Shown here: positions 46,691 through 62,009 of the stretch, piece after piece
Position numbering within the stretch: position 1 is the first letter of the stretch
How the letters are laid out: each line of letters starts with the position of its first letter
Source: Nemertoderma westbladi
Taxonomy: Eukaryota > Animalia > Xenacoelomorpha
Reading direction: 5' to 3'
Length of the DNA stretch: 64,000 nucleotides
Assembly: GCA_032718475.1 (NCBI GenBank)
Contig: JAUCBJ010007659.1
Span: 1-64,000, forward strand
Position numbers and translations under genes: made by a program
The notes under the pieces: generated by a model
The model's database searches: none
Seen by the model: only the letters and a program-made list of their open reading frames with translations
What the model was told of the DNA's origin: nothing

Positions 46691-48484
46691 CAGTGCAGTG
46701 TAATAATAGTAGTGTAATAGTGTATATTAAATAAATAATGGACTTAAAGCGAATTAAATGTGTAATTTTATATATTATATAAATTTACAACCTAAAGTAC
46801 TTCGCACATGAAGTATGTAAATACGAACCCTATAAATTCATTCATATAGAGTGAAATATTCAACTGATACACGAGTAAGTACAAGTGATGATAGAGTTTG
46901 GAGCTGGGCAAAAGCCCCCACACTCCTCATGTAGAAAATAATGCACTTCGCAACCAAATTATTGGGATACCACGAAGCACCTGTTCTGCAATTGATAACC
47001 TCCGATAAATATTGTACTTTTGAATGATAATGTGTGAGATTAGAGTTTTATAATGGATTGTGAATCGATTAAATTTCAGGTTCAGTATTCGGAATTATAG
47101 TATGAGTTCCACTGGTATTTGGCCTAACATATAGAATTACTCCACTCACATACAGTATTTGTGGTAGTGTAATTTGGAACTCTAATCCGTCACTCTGATA
47201 AAACACTAATCTTGAATCAATGGGTCTTGAAATATATTTTTATAAATAAACTAATGGGCTAAACCCCGAAAATAAACCTATAACGAATATAAAAAAGAAG
47301 TCGCAGCTAAACGTAACTGTATCAGTGATCTAACGGATACTCTGGATAAAGGAATGTAAACTGTGTGTGTGATCCAGAACTGGCTGCATAATCCTTGAGA
47401 CAGACTGAACTGGGGAATCAAATACCATCCAATATCATACGAAACAAGCGACACTGAGAGCTAAATGAAACAAAATTATACATGATCTACAAAAGCTATA
47501 TATAAAGAAACTCAATGACCAGTTAGAGCAACAGGCCGAAGAAATCGCATCAGCACCAACAACTGTGCGAATGTTTCTACAGACCAAATGTAACAAGAAA
47601 ATATCCAAAAAACACTGCAAAACTGCAGAGTGCTAAGACTAAACCGCAGAGTTTTAAGTCTCTAAGATATGTTGTTGTTCTGGTGAGTGGAATCTGCCCG
47701 AGGCATAGTGAAGAGGATGAGCTCCAATTGATTTTTGATAGGCATATAACAGTCGATCGCATTACGACTAGAGTATTTTGGTGACTTGAAAACTATGCGT
47801 CTGACAGTCCAGTACAATTTCAAGGATACATTAGTCAGTAGTAATTTTTGACCTGCTGGAATCATCTGTCGTGAATGGGTTGCGTAAGACACAACATCAG
47901 GAACAACTAGAGCAGTATATTGTAAGATGGCTGTCCGAGGGAATGAACAACATCACTTACGTCATAGACACAGGAAATATCTTTAACAAAACCAAACCAA
48001 TGGAACAGATGGAGCTTGGATCTAATGTGGATTTGACAATTGCCAACTTTAATACAAAAGGATTTTTAGGGAACCAGGACTGGATGGGGACCAGAACCAT
48101 GATCTGTGAACTGCTACATCATTGCGACTTTGTTGGTATTCAGGAGTACTGGCTCGATGATGTTGAGTGTGATACACTACTACATGTTATTGATGACAAT
48201 TTTCACTGTGAATACAGCATTAGCAATCTTATGGGCAAGACAAATAAAGTGAGAGTCGCTGGTTGTACTGCCCTGTTCTCTCGGGAGGACAAGATTAACT
48301 GCTGTTTACGTGTCAACTCTGGGGATGTCATTGCTGGCGTTGTGGTTCACTTAAAGGGACTGCTGGACCACCCTACCGGTGATTGTGTGTTATTCCCCTA
48401 ATGCTATGCTGGTAAGGAGGTTGCTGCCTATAGTGACTTTATAGGGCGCCTGGGAACATTGGTTGATACTTACAGCGATCTAAT

Positions 48485-49720
48485 AATTTAATAAAATTTC
48501 TTTTTATTCGCAAAAACTCCGCAACAAGTTAAAAAACCGCACAGAGGCAGCCTAACAGAATAAGATCCCATTATAGCTGATTATTACGCGAATAAAGCGT
48601 CACAACCTACGATTTAATTTGTACTATAAAATTAACATACAGTAGTTTTAGTACTCAACTAATCTATAATAATGTACTGTACAATATGTACACAGTACCT
48701 TAAGCACAAACTTCGATCAAACTCGTTAGCCAGCTGTCTCCGGCATATATTTGTTTAAATTTATAGTCATATTAGTGTGTTTAATTTATGTTATGTCGTC
48801 ACGTGAGTACATTTTGTAAAATTCCTTCTTTAGTTTATTTGTAAATTTGCTATATGACTTTGTTTCGCGAATATTTAAATTTAGAGAATTCCACAGTCTC
48901 GTACAACTAACCATCACGCTGTTGTATCCAAATTTTGTTTTTGTTTTTGGTACTTTGATACGGAATGTTCTTTTATTTATGTTTTTATTTTGCTTTTTAG
49001 AATTTTTAAGGAAAGCAATACTTAGATTTTTAAATGGTGTTGATAAATCGAAAAAATATTTAAAGAAGTATTTTAGTACGTAGAAATTTCTAAGTGCTTG
49101 TAAGTGGGGTAATTTTGCCTTAGTGCGTAATTCTGTCCCAGTGGCATCTCTGATTTTTTTGCAGTAGACAGTGCGTAGCCCGTAGTTTTGAATTTTATCT
49201 AGCCCGTAAAGTAATTCTTTGTACCCGTGTGTCATATGTAGTGGTGTAATAATTTCACAGCAGTAATTATGTAGTGGTAGGACAGTAGCCTTATACACTG
49301 TTAGTTTCGTGTTAGTAGGTAATTGACCTTTAATAAGTCTTAAACATGATACTGCATGGGTCATTTTCTCAGCAATCAATTTTATTTGTGGCTTCCAAGT
49401 AATTTTATTATCAATTATTATTCCTAGGTATTTAAATTGCGAGCTCTGTTTAACGGTTGCTTTTCCTATGTGCAGGTTAATTTTTTCTATCTCATTTGTT
49501 CTAGAATGTGGAGTTATTAAAATAAATTCAGTTTTTTCGGGATTTAGTTGCATTTTTAAACTTGAAAAGGTACTATCTATTTTTAATATACGATTTGATA
49601 AAGTTTGGGTAGCAGCGATCGGATCCGGTCCTGATGCAAAGATTAGAGTGTCGTCAGCGTATTGAATAATGTTAAGGTCTTCAGATTCAGCAATTTCGTT
49701 GACGTATATGACGTATCTCA
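48485..49720 (-). mobile_element. 5'-truncated non-LTR retrotransposon (CR1/L2-group-like RT C-terminus and 3' UTR)
   Basis: IYVNEI...QYADDT...LNPEKTEFI...FKYLGIIIDNKITWKPQI...LWNSL. Confidence 0.85.
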
Positions 49721-50594
49721 CCCCTATTATATTAGCAGACACCAATGCTGACCTTGTCAAACTCCAAGGATTCACACACAATAGAGACAGTGGCCCGTAT
49801 GCATAAAACAGTCGTAAATTTACGTCCATCGTAACTCTAAATGATTCGTAAGTTGGATTACGACTATCGTAGTCACGATTATCGTATATTGGTATATTGG
49901 TATATTGGTACTTGAAAAGGTACTATCTATTTTTAATATACGATTTGATAAAGTTTGGGTAGCAGCGATCGGATCCGGTCCTGATGCAAAGATTAGAGTG
50001 TCGTCAGCGTATTGAATAATGTTAAGGTCTTCAGATTCAGCAATTTCGTTGACGTATATGACGTATCTCACCCCTATTATATTAGCAGACACCAATGCTG
50101 ACCTTGTCAAACTCCAAGGATTCACACACAATAGAGACAGTGGCCCGTATGCATAAAACAGTCGTAAATTTACGTCCATCGTAACTCTAAATGATTCGTA
50201 AGTTGGATTACGACTATCGTAGTCACGATTATCGTATATTGGTATATTGGTATATTGGTACTTGAAAAGGTACTATCTATTTTTAATATACGATTTGATA
50301 AAGTTTGGGTAGCAGCGATCGGATCCGGTCCTGATGCAAAGATTAGAGTGTCGTCAGCGTATTGAATAATGTTAAGGTCTTCAGATTCAGCAATTTCGTT
50401 GACGTATATGACGTATCTCACCCCTATTATATTAGCAGACACCAATGCTGACCTTGTCAAACTCCAAGGATTCACACACAATAGAGACAGTGGCCCGTAT
50501 GCATAAAACAGTCGTAAATTTACGTCCATCGTAACTCTAAATGATTCGTAAGTTGGATTACGACTATCGTAGTCACGATTATCGTATATTGGTA
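49559..50594. repeat. 350-bp tandem triplication
   Basis: Identical minus-strand ORF starts at 49829, 50179 and 50529. Junctions read TATTGGTATATTGGTATATTGGTA. Confidence 0.95.
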
Positions 50595-51221
50595 TGCATA
50601 AAACTGTTTAGGATAAATCGTGCTTCCGATTATCGTAATTTAGTTACGATGCCATTTCAGTATGTTGCTGGGCATCTCTGTAAACAATAACTGCGAAAAT
50701 CTGAGATTCCTATTATCTTCCTTATTATTACAATATAATTCACGACTGTTGTATTGTTTTATAGGTAGCCTTAGCAACAGTATCCTATACTACCTTTTAG
50801 CCAATAAAAATTGAGTTCAATGTAAACTGGGGCAGATCGTAACTTTAATACTCGATAGAGAGCACCCTTAAATTTACGATCGAAATGAATCGTAAGTTTA
50901 CAATCAAAGGGTCTGACAATTTTTATGCATATCGATTTGGTTTATAAATGTTATAGTACATTATGATAATGCTCTCCATAGTGAAAAAATATCAACCGCC
51001 CCTATTGGGGCTCGAACTCGGTACCTAGTTGTACGAACTCGGTTGATATTTTTTCACTATGGAGAGCATTATCATAAATGTACTATAACATTTATTTAAT
51101 TCGCCGTCACCATCCCCACAACAATTCATTTATAATCGATTTGGTTTATGATAGTCCTATCTGCTGACATACGATGATCGGAGGATTACGACGGTCGTAA
51201 GTGTTTTATGCATACGGGCCA
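50491..51221. mobile_element. MITE with TIR TGGCCCGTATGCATAAAAC
   Basis: TGGCCCGTATGCATAAAAC at 50491 and GTTTTATGCATACGGGCCA ending at 51221, with ATCGTA/TACGAT subterminal motifs. The TSD is not clear. Confidence 0.75.
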
Positions 51222-52077
51222 TTGCCTCATCACGTGGACGAATCCTACATGACTTCATGGATATTAATTGTTTGTGGCGGCTGACACCTATATACCATTC
51301 ACTGGTCACTATCACTGTATAACCTATTGTGGGCACTTTGGATCCTCCTGCTGTACATTGACCATATTATCACATCACAATCTAGTCTAGGACAGTTTAG
51401 GAAAGGATGTGTACTAGAAGTCGACCGAGTTCATAACCATTCAGACCATAGGCCTACATCAATTATTGCAGAACTCAAACTGCCCACGAATACTAACTCC
51501 AGCCATGGTAAAAATGTGGTTATGACAAGAAAGCAAATAAAATTCAACTGTCCTAAACATAATATGGTTTTATAATAGACAATGCGTTAGTCCGTTTAGA
51601 AGGACATTTTCTTAGTGACCAAAAATTAATTTAATATGAATAGTCGAGTATATTTAGGGCAACAGCCCTTTATCAACTCAATTCAGTTACTGCATCTGTA
51701 AGTACAGGAGTACAGAACTAAACTACTACAGGACAGTCTATGTTGTATGTTTATTTCAGGGTTCAGGTGGTGTAAATACATTCTCGCTGATCTTCCTGTC
51801 GGGTCAATCCCTACACCTTGATAGTGAAGGGTGGTTGAGCGCACACTCATGTGTGTCCGTGGCTCTAGGTCGGCCTGTAAACGCCCGATACCAAACATCG
51901 CCCAAGCCTCCATCCGTCTGGCAAAGTGGCAAATGCGTACACAAGCCTAGACTAAATTGAAATTCCCGCGCTATTTTGTCTCCAAGCGAGATTTGCATAC
52001 TCAACCATGTATGATATGATGGATATGTAGATGAACATTTTATGTTGTTTTTATAAACGGTACGATCCGTACTGAAA

Positions 52078-55000
52078 AAATACTAGGTAATGCATTACTT
52101 AAACTACTAGGTAATGCATTACTCAAACTACTAGGCAATGCATTACTCAAACTACTAGGTAATGCATTGCTCAAACTACTAGGTAATGCATTGCTCAAAC
52201 TAATAGGTAATGCAATACTTTAACTACTAGGTAATGCATTACTCAAACTACTAGGTAAGGCATTGCTCAAACTACTAGTGCTACTAGGTAATTCATTACT
52301 CAATCTACTAGGTAATGCATTACTCAAACTACTAGGTAATGCATTACTCAAACTACTAGGTAATGCATTACTCAAACTACTAGGTAATGTATTGCTCAAA
52401 CTAATAGGAAATGCAATACTTAAACTACTAGGTAATGCATTACTCAAACTACTGGTAATGCATTGCTCAAACTACTAGAACTACTAGGTAATTCATTACT
52501 CAATCTACTAGGTAATGCATTACTCAAACTACTAGGTAATGCATTGCTCAAACTAATAGGTAATGCAATACTTAAACTACTAGGTAATGCATTACTCAAA
52601 CTAATAGGTAATGCTAATGCATTGCTCAAACTACTAGTTACTCAATCTACCAGGTAATGCATTACTCAAACTACTAGGTAATGCATTACTCAAACTACTA
52701 GGTAATACATTGCTCAAACTACTAGTTACTCAATCTACTAGGTAATGCATTACTCAAACTACTAGGTAATGCATTACTCAAACTAATAGGTAATGCATTG
52801 CTCAAACTACTAGGTAATGCATTACTCAAACTAATAGGTAATGCATTACTCAAACTACTAGGTAATGCATTGCTCAAACTACTAGGTAATGCATTACTCA
52901 AACTACTAGGTAATGCATTACTCAAACTAATAGGTAATGCATTACTTAAACTACTACGTAATGCATTACTCAAACTAATAGGTAATGCATTACTCAAACT
53001 ACTAGGTAATGCATTGCTCAAACTACTAGGTAATGCATTACTCAAACTAATAGGTAATGCATTACTTAAACTACTACGTAATGCATTACTCAAACTAATA
53101 GGTAATGCATTACTTAAACAACTAGGCAATGCATTACTTAAACTACTAGGTACCGGCAATGCATTACTCAAACTACTATGTAATGCATTACTTAAACTAC
53201 TAGGAAATGCATTGCTCAAACTACTAGGTAATGCATTACTCAAACTACTAGGTAATGCATTACTCAAACTACTAGGAAATGCATTACTTAAACTACTAGG
53301 TAATGCATTGCTCAAACTACTATGCAATGCATTGCTCAAACTACTAGGTAATGCATTACTCAAACTACTAGGTAATGCATTACTCAAACTACTAGAACTA
53401 CTAGGTAATGCATTACTCAAACTACTAGGTAATGCATTACTCAAACTACTAGGTAATGCATTACTCAAACTACTAGAACTACTAGGTAATGCATTACTTG
53501 AACTACTAGGTAATGCATTACTCAAACTACTATGCAATGCATTGCTCAAACTACTAGGTAATGCATTACTCAAACTACTAGGTAATGCATTACTCAAACT
53601 ACTAGGTAATGCATTACTCAAACTACTAGAACTACTAGGTAATGCATTACTCAAACTACTAGGTAATGCATTACTCAAACTACTAGGTAATGCATTTCTC
53701 AAACTACTAGAACTACTAGGTAATGCATTACTTGAACTACTAGGTAATGCATTACTCAAACTACTAGGTAATGCATTACTCAAACTACTAGAACTACTAG
53801 GTAATGCATTACTCAAACTACTAGGTAATGCATTACTCAAACTACTAGGTAATGCATTACTCAAACTACTAGGCAATGCATTACTTAAACTACTAGGTAA
53901 TGCATTGCTCAAACTACTAGGTAATGCATTGCTCAAACTACTATGCAATGCATTGCTCAAACTACTAGGTAATGCATTACTCAAACTACTAGGTAATGCA
54001 TTACTCAAACTACTAGGTAATGCATTACTCAAACTACTAGGTAATGCATTACTCAAACTACTAGAACTACTAGGAAATGCATTGCTCAAACTACTAGGTA
54101 ATGCATTACTCAAACTACTAGGTAATGCATTACTCAAACTACTAGGCAATGCATTACTTAAACTACTAGGTAATGCATTGCTCAAACTACTAGGTAATGT
54201 ATTGCTCAAACTACTATGCAATGCATTGCTCAAACTACTAGGTAATGCATTACTCAAACTACTAGGTAATGCATTACTCAAACTACTAGGTAATGCATTA
54301 CTCAAACTACTAGGTAATGCATTACTCAAACTACTAGAACTACTAGGTAATGCATTACTTAAACTACTAGAACTACTAGGTAATGCATTACTCAAACTAC
54401 TATGCAATGCATTGCTCAAACTACTAGGTAATGCATTACTCAAACTACTAGGTAATGCATTACTCAAACTACTAGGTAATGCATTACTCAAACTACTAGA
54501 ACTACTAGGTAATGCATTACTCAAACTACTAGGTAATGCATTACTCAAACTACTAGGTAATGCATTACTCAAACTACTAGGTAATGCATTACTCAAACTA
54601 CTAGAACTACTAGGTAATGCATTACTTGAACTACTAGGTAATGCATTACTCAAACTACTAGGTAATGCATTACTCAAACTACTAGAACTACTAGGTAATG
54701 CATTACTCAAACTACTAGGCAATGCATTGCTCAAACTACTAGGTAATGCATTACTCAAACTACTAGGTAATGCATTACTAAAACTACTAGGTAATGCATT
54801 ACTCAAACTAATAGGTAATGTATTACTCGAACTACTAGAACTACTATGTAATGCATTACTTAAACTACTAGGTAATGCAATACTTAAACTACTAGGTAAT
54901 GCATTACTTAAACTACTAGGCAATGCAATACTTAAACTACTAGGTAATGCATTACTTAAACTACTAGGTAATGCAATACTTAAACTACTAGGTAATGCAT

Positions 55001-58000
55001 TACTTAAACTACTAGGTAATGCAATACTTAAACTACTAGGTAATGCATTACTTAAACTACTAGGTAATGCATTACTTAATCTAGTAGGTAATGCATTACT
55101 TAAACTACTAGGTAATGCATTACTTAAACTACTAGGTAATGCATTGCTCAAACTACTAGGTAATGCATTACTCAAACTACTAGGTAATGCATTACTCAAA
55201 CTACTAGGTAATGCATTACTCAAACTACTAGAACTACTAGGTAATGCATTACTCAAACTACTAGGTAATGCATTACTCAAACTACTAGGTAATGCATTAC
55301 TCAAACTACTAGGTAATGCATTACTCAAACTACTAGGTAATGCATTACTCAAACTAATAGGTAATGTATTACTCGAACTACTAGAACTACTAGGTAATGC
55401 ATTACTCAAACTACTATGCAATGCATTGCTCAAACTACTAGGTAATGCATTACTCAAACTACTAGGTAATGCATTACTCAAACTACTAGGTAATGCATTA
55501 CTCAAACTACTAGAACTACTAGGTAATGCATTACTCAAACTACTAGGTAATGCATTACTCAAACTACTAGGTAATGCATTACTCAAACTACTAGGTAATG
55601 CATTACTCAAACTACTAGAACTACTAGGTAATGCATTACTTGAACTACTAGGTAATGCATTACTCAAACTACTAGGTAATGCATTACTCAAACTACTAGA
55701 ACTACTAGGTAATGCATTACTCAAACTACTAGGCAATGCATTGCTCAAACTACTAGGTAATGCATTACTCAAACTACTAGGTAATGCATTACTAAAACTA
55801 CTAGGTAATGCATTACTCAAACTAATAGGTAATGTATTACTCGAACTACTAGAACTACTATGTAATGCATTACTTAAACTACTAGGTAATGCAATACTTA
55901 AACTACTAGGTAATGCATTACTTAAACTACTAGGCAATGCAATACTTAAACTACTAGGTAATGCATTACTTAAACTACTAGGTAATGCAATACTTAAACT
56001 ACTAGGTAATGCATTACTTAAACTACTAGGTAATGCAATACTTAAACTACTAGGTAATGCATTACTTAAACTACTAGGTAATGCATTACTTAATCTAGTA
56101 GGTAATGCATTACTTAAACTACTAGGTAATGCATTACTTAAACTACTAGGTAATGCATTACTTAAACTACTAGGTAATGCATTACTTAAACTACTAGGTA
56201 ATGCATTACTCAAACTACTAGGTAATGCATTGCTCAAACTAATAGGTAATGCAATACGTAAACTACTAGGTAATGCATTACTTAAACTACTAGGTAATGC
56301 ATTACTTAAACTACTAGGTAATGCATTACTTAAACTACTAGGTAATGCATTACTTAAACTACTAGGTAATGCATTACTCAAACTACTAGGTAATGCATTG
56401 CTCAAACTAATAGGTAATGCAATACTTAAACTACTAGGTAATGCATTACTCAAACTACTAGGTAATGCATTGCTCAAACTACTAGTTACTCAATCTACTA
56501 GGTAATGCATTGCTCAAACTACTAGGTTATGCATTACTTAAACTACTAGGTAATGCATTGCTCAAACTACTAGGTAATACATTGCTCAAACTACTAGGTA
56601 ATGCATTGCTCAAACTACCAGGTAATGCATTACTCAAACTACTAGGTAATGCATTACTCAAACTACTAGGTAATGCATTGCTCAAACTACTAGGGAATAC
56701 ATTGCTCAAACTACTAGGTAATAATGCATTGCTCAAACTACTAGGTAATGCATTACTCAAAATAATAGGTAATGCATTACTCAAACTACTAGGTAATGCA
56801 TTGCTCAAACTACTAGGTAATGCATTGCTCAAACTACTAGGTAATGCATTACTCAAACTACTAGGTAATGCATTACTCAAACTACTAGGCAATGCATTAC
56901 TTAAACTACTAGGTAATGCATTACTCAAACTACTATGCAATGCATTGCTCAAACTACTAGGTAATGCATTACTCAAACTACTAGGTAATGCATTACTTAA
57001 ACTACTAGGTAATGCATTACTCAAACTACTAGAACTACTAGGTAATGCATTACTTGAACTACTAGGTAATGCATTACTCAAACTACTAGGTAATGCATTA
57101 CTCAAACTACTAGAACTACTAGGCAATGCATTACTTAAACTACTAGGTAATGCATTACTCAAACTACTAGAACTACTAGGTAATTCATTACTCAAACTAC
57201 TAGGCAATGCATTGCTCAAACTACTAGGTAATGCATTACTCAAACTACTAGGTAATGCATTACTAAAACTACTAGGTAATGCATTACTCAAACTAATAGG
57301 TAATCTATTACTCGAACTACTAGAACTACTATGTAATGCATTACTTAAACTACTAGGTAATGCAATACTTAAACTACTAGGTAATGCATTACTTAAACTA
57401 CTAGGCAATGCAATACTTAAACTACTAGGTAATGCATTACTTAAACTACTAGGTAATGCAATACTTAAACTACTAGGTAATGCATTACTTAAACTACTAG
57501 GTAATGCAATACTTAAACTACTAGGTAATGCATTACTTAAACTACTAGGTAATGCATTACTTAATCTAGTAGGTAATGCATTACTTAAACTACTAGGTAA
57601 TGCATTACTTAAACTACTAGGTAATGCATTACTTAAACTACTAGGTAATGCATTACTTAAACTACTAGGTAATGCATTACTCAAACTACTAGGTAATGCA
57701 TTGCTCAAACTAATAGGTAATGCAATACGTAAACTACTAGGTAATGCATTACTTAAACTACTAGGTAATGCATTACTTAAACTACTAGGTAATGCATTGC
57801 TCAAACTACTAGGTAATGCATTACTTAAACTACTAGGTAATGCATTGCTCAAACTACTAGGTAATGCATTGCTCAAACTAATAGGTAATGCAATACTTAA
57901 ACTACTAGGTAATGCATTACTCAAACTACTAGGTAATGCATTGCTCAAACTACTAGGTAATGCATTACTCAAACTACTAGGTAATGCATTGCTCAAACTA

Positions 58001-61000
58001 CTAGGTAATGCATTACTCAAACTACTAGGTAATGCATTGCTCAAACTACTAGGTAATACATTGCTCAAACTACTAGGTAATGCATTGCTCAAACTACTAG
58101 GTAATGCATTGCTCAAACTACTAGGTAATGCATTACTCAAACTACTAGGTAATGCATTGCTCAAACTACTAGGTTATTGCATTACTCAAACTACTAGGTA
58201 ATGAATTGCTTAAACTACTAGGTAATACATTGCTCAAACTACTAGGTAATGCATTGCTCAAACTACTAGGTAATGCATTGCTCAAACTACTAGGTAATGC
58301 ATTACTCAAACTACTAGGTTATTGCATTACACAAACTACTAGGTAATGAATTGCTTAAACTACTAGGTAATACATTGCTCAAACTACTAGGTAATGCATT
58401 GCTCAAACTACTAGGTAATGCATTACTCAATCTAATAGGTAATGCATTACTCAAACTACTAGGTAATGCATTACTTAAACTACTAGGTAATGCATTGCTC
58501 AAACTACTAGGTAATACATTGCTAAACTACTAGGTAATGCATTGCTCAAACTACTAGGTAATGCATTACTCAAACTAATAGGTAATGCATTACTCAAACT
58601 ACTGGGTAATGCATTGCTCAAACTACTAGGTAATGCATTACTCAAACTACTAGGTAATACATTGCTCAAACTACTAGGTAATGCATTACTCAAACTACTA
58701 GGTAATGCTCTGCTCAAACTACTAGGTGATACATTACTAAAACTACTAGGTAATGCATTACTCAAACTAATAGGTAATGTATTACTCGAACTACTAGAAC
58801 TACTATGTAATGCATTACTTAAACTACTAGGTAATGCAATACTTAAACTACTAGGTAATGCATTACTTAAACTACTAGGCAATGCAATACTTAAACTACT
58901 AGGTAATGCATTACTTAAACTACTAGGTAATGCAATACTTAAACTACTAGGTAATGCATTACTTAAACTACTAGGTAATGCAATACTTAAACTACTAGGT
59001 AATGCATTACTTAAACTACTAGGTAATGCATTACTTAATCTAGTAGGTAATGCATTACTTAAACTACTAGGTAATGCATTACTTAAACTACTAGGTAATG
59101 CATTACTTAAACTACTAGGTAATGCATTACTTAAACTACTAGGTAATGCATTACTCAAACTACTAGGTAATGCATTGCTGAAACTAATAGGTAATGCAAT
59201 ACGTAAACTACTAGGTAATGCATTACTTAAACTACTAGGTAATGCATTACTTAAACTACTAGGTAATGCATTACTTAAACTACTAGGTAATGCATTACTT
59301 AAACTACTAGGTAATGCATTACTCAAACTACTAGGTAATGCATTGCTCAAACTAATAGGTAATGCAATACTTAAACTACTAGGTAATGCATTACTCAAAC
59401 TACTAGGTAATGCATTGCTCAAACTACTAGTTACTCAATCTACTAGGTAATGCATTGCTCAAACTACTAGGTTATGCATTACTTAAACTACTAGGTAATG
59501 CATTGCTCAAACTACTAGGTAATACATTGCTCAAACTACTAGGTAATGCATTGCTCAAACTACCAGGTAATGCATTACTCAAACTACTAGGTAATGCATT
59601 ACTCAAACTACTAGGTAATGCATTGCTCAAACTGCTAGGGAATACATTGCTCAAACTACTAGGTAATAATGCATTGCTCAAACTACTAGGTAATGCATTA
59701 CTCAAAATAATAGGTAATGCATTACTCAAACTACTAGGTAATGCATTGCTCAAACTACTAGGTAATGCATTGCTCAAACTACTAGGTAATGCATTACTCA
59801 AACTACTAGGTAATGCATTACTCAAACTACTAGGCAATGCATTACTTAAACTACTAGGTAATGCATTACTCAAACTACTATGCAATGCATTGCTCAAACT
59901 ACTAGGTAATGCATTACTCAAACTACTAGGTAATGCATTACTTAAACTACTAGGTAATGCATTACTCAAACTACTAGAACTACTAGGTAATGCATTACTT
60001 GAACTACTAGGTAATGCATTACTCAAACTACTAGGTAATGCATTACTCAAACTACTAGAACTACTAGGCAATGCATTACTTAAACTACTAGGTAATGCAT
60101 TACTCAAACTACTAGAACTACTAGGTGATTCATTACTCAAACTACTAGGCAATGCATTGCTCAAACTACTAGGTAATGCATTACTCAAACTACTAGGTAA
60201 TGCATTACTAAAACTACTAGGTAATGCATTACTCAAACTAATAGGTAATGTATTACTCGAACTACTAGAACTACTATGTAATGCATTACTTAAACTACTA
60301 GGTAATGCAATACTTAAACTACTAGGTAATGCATTACTTAAACTACTAGGCAATGCAATACTTAAACTACTAGGTAATGCATTACTTAAACTACTAGGTA
60401 ATGCAATACTTAAACTACTAGGTAATGCATTACTTAAACTACTAGGTAATGCAATACTTAAACTACTAGGTAATGCATTACTTAAACTACTAGGTAATGC
60501 ATTACTTAATCTAGTAGGTAATGCATTACTTAAACTACTAGGTAATGCATTACTTAAACTACTAGGTAATGCATTACTTAAACTACTAGGTAATGCATTA
60601 CTTAAACTACTAGGTAATGCATTACTCAAACTACTAGGTAATGCATTGCTCAAACTAATAGGTAATGCAATACGTAAACTACTAGGTAATGCATTACTTA
60701 AACTACTAGGTAATGCATTACTTAAACTACTAGGTAATGCATTACGTAAACTACTAGGTAATGCATTACTTAAACTACTAGGTAATGCATTACTCAAACT
60801 ACTAGGTAATGCATTGCTCAAACTAATAGGTAATGCAATACTTAAACTACTAGGTAATGCATTACTCAAACTACTAGGTAATGCATTGCTCAAACTACTA
60901 GGTAATGCATTACTCAAACTACTAGGTAATGCATTGCTCAAACTACTAGGTAATGCATTACTCAAACTACTAGGTAATGCATTGCTCAAACTACTAGGTA

Positions 61001-62009
61001 ATACATTGCTCAAACTACTAGGTAATGCATTGCTCAAACTACTAGGTAATGCATTGCTCAAACTACTAGGTAATGCATTACTCAAACTACTAGGTAATGC
61101 ATTGCTCAAACTACTAGGTTATTGCATTACTCAAACTACTAGGTAATGAATTGCTTAAACTACTAGGTAATACATTGCTCAGACTACTAGGTAATGCATT
61201 GCTCAAACTACTAGGTAATGCATTGCTCAAACTACTAGGTAATGCATTACTCAAACTACTAGGTTATTGCATTACTCAAACTACTAGGTAATGAATTGCT
61301 TAAACTACTAGGTAATACATTGCTCAAACTACTAGGTAATGCATTGCTCAAACTACTAGGTAATGCATTACTCAATCTAATAGGTAATGCATTACTCAAA
61401 CTACTAGGTAATGCATTACTTAAACTACTAGGTAATGCATTGCTCAAACTACTAGGTAATACATTGCTAAACTACTAGGTAATGCATTGCTCAAACTACT
61501 AGGTAATGCATTACTCAAACTAATAGGTAATGCATTACTCAAACTACTGGGTAATGCATTGCTCAAACTACTAGGTAATGCATTACTCAAACTACTAGGT
61601 AATACATTGCTCAAACTACTAGGTAATGCATTACTCAAACTACTAGGTAATGCTCTGCTCAAACTACTAGGTGATACATTGCGCAAACTACTAGGTAATG
61701 CATTGCTCAAACTACTAGGTAATACATTGCTCAAACTACTAGGTAATGCATTGCTCAAACTACTAGGTAATGCATTGCTCAAACTGCTAGATAATACATT
61801 GCTCAAACTACTAGGTAATGCATTGCTCAAACTACTAGGTTATTGCATTACTCAAAATACTAGGTAATGCATTGCTCAAACTACTAGGTAATACATTGCT
61901 CAAACTACTAGGTAATGCATTGCTCAAACTACTAGGTAATGCATTACTCAAACTACTAGGTAATACATTGCTCAAACTACTAGGTAATGCATTACTCAAA
62001 CTAATAGGT
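52078..62009 (+). repeat. 24-bp satellite, about 10 kb (about 410 units), with higher-order repeats, inside the GPCR intron
   Basis: Unit AAACTACTAGGTAATGCATTACTC. The variant pattern recurs with a 2945-bp offset (56510/59455, 58351/61296). Confidence 0.97.

Larger units (their letters stand above)
47990..51575 (+). pseudogene. LINE apurinic-like endonuclease coding region split by later insertions
   Basis: IANFNTKG...FVGIQEYWL (47990-48480), PIILADTNADL (49721-49760, repeated in the duplications) and YIDHI...HSDHRP (51350-51455) occur in the expected order. Confidence 0.7.

Noticed and set aside
52722-61867. Very long ORFs (up to 1251 aa; LLGNALLK / SNALPSSL), superficially LRR-like
   Set aside because: They are translations of a 24-bp satellite that is open on both strands, have no unique sequence, and lie inside a GPCR intron.
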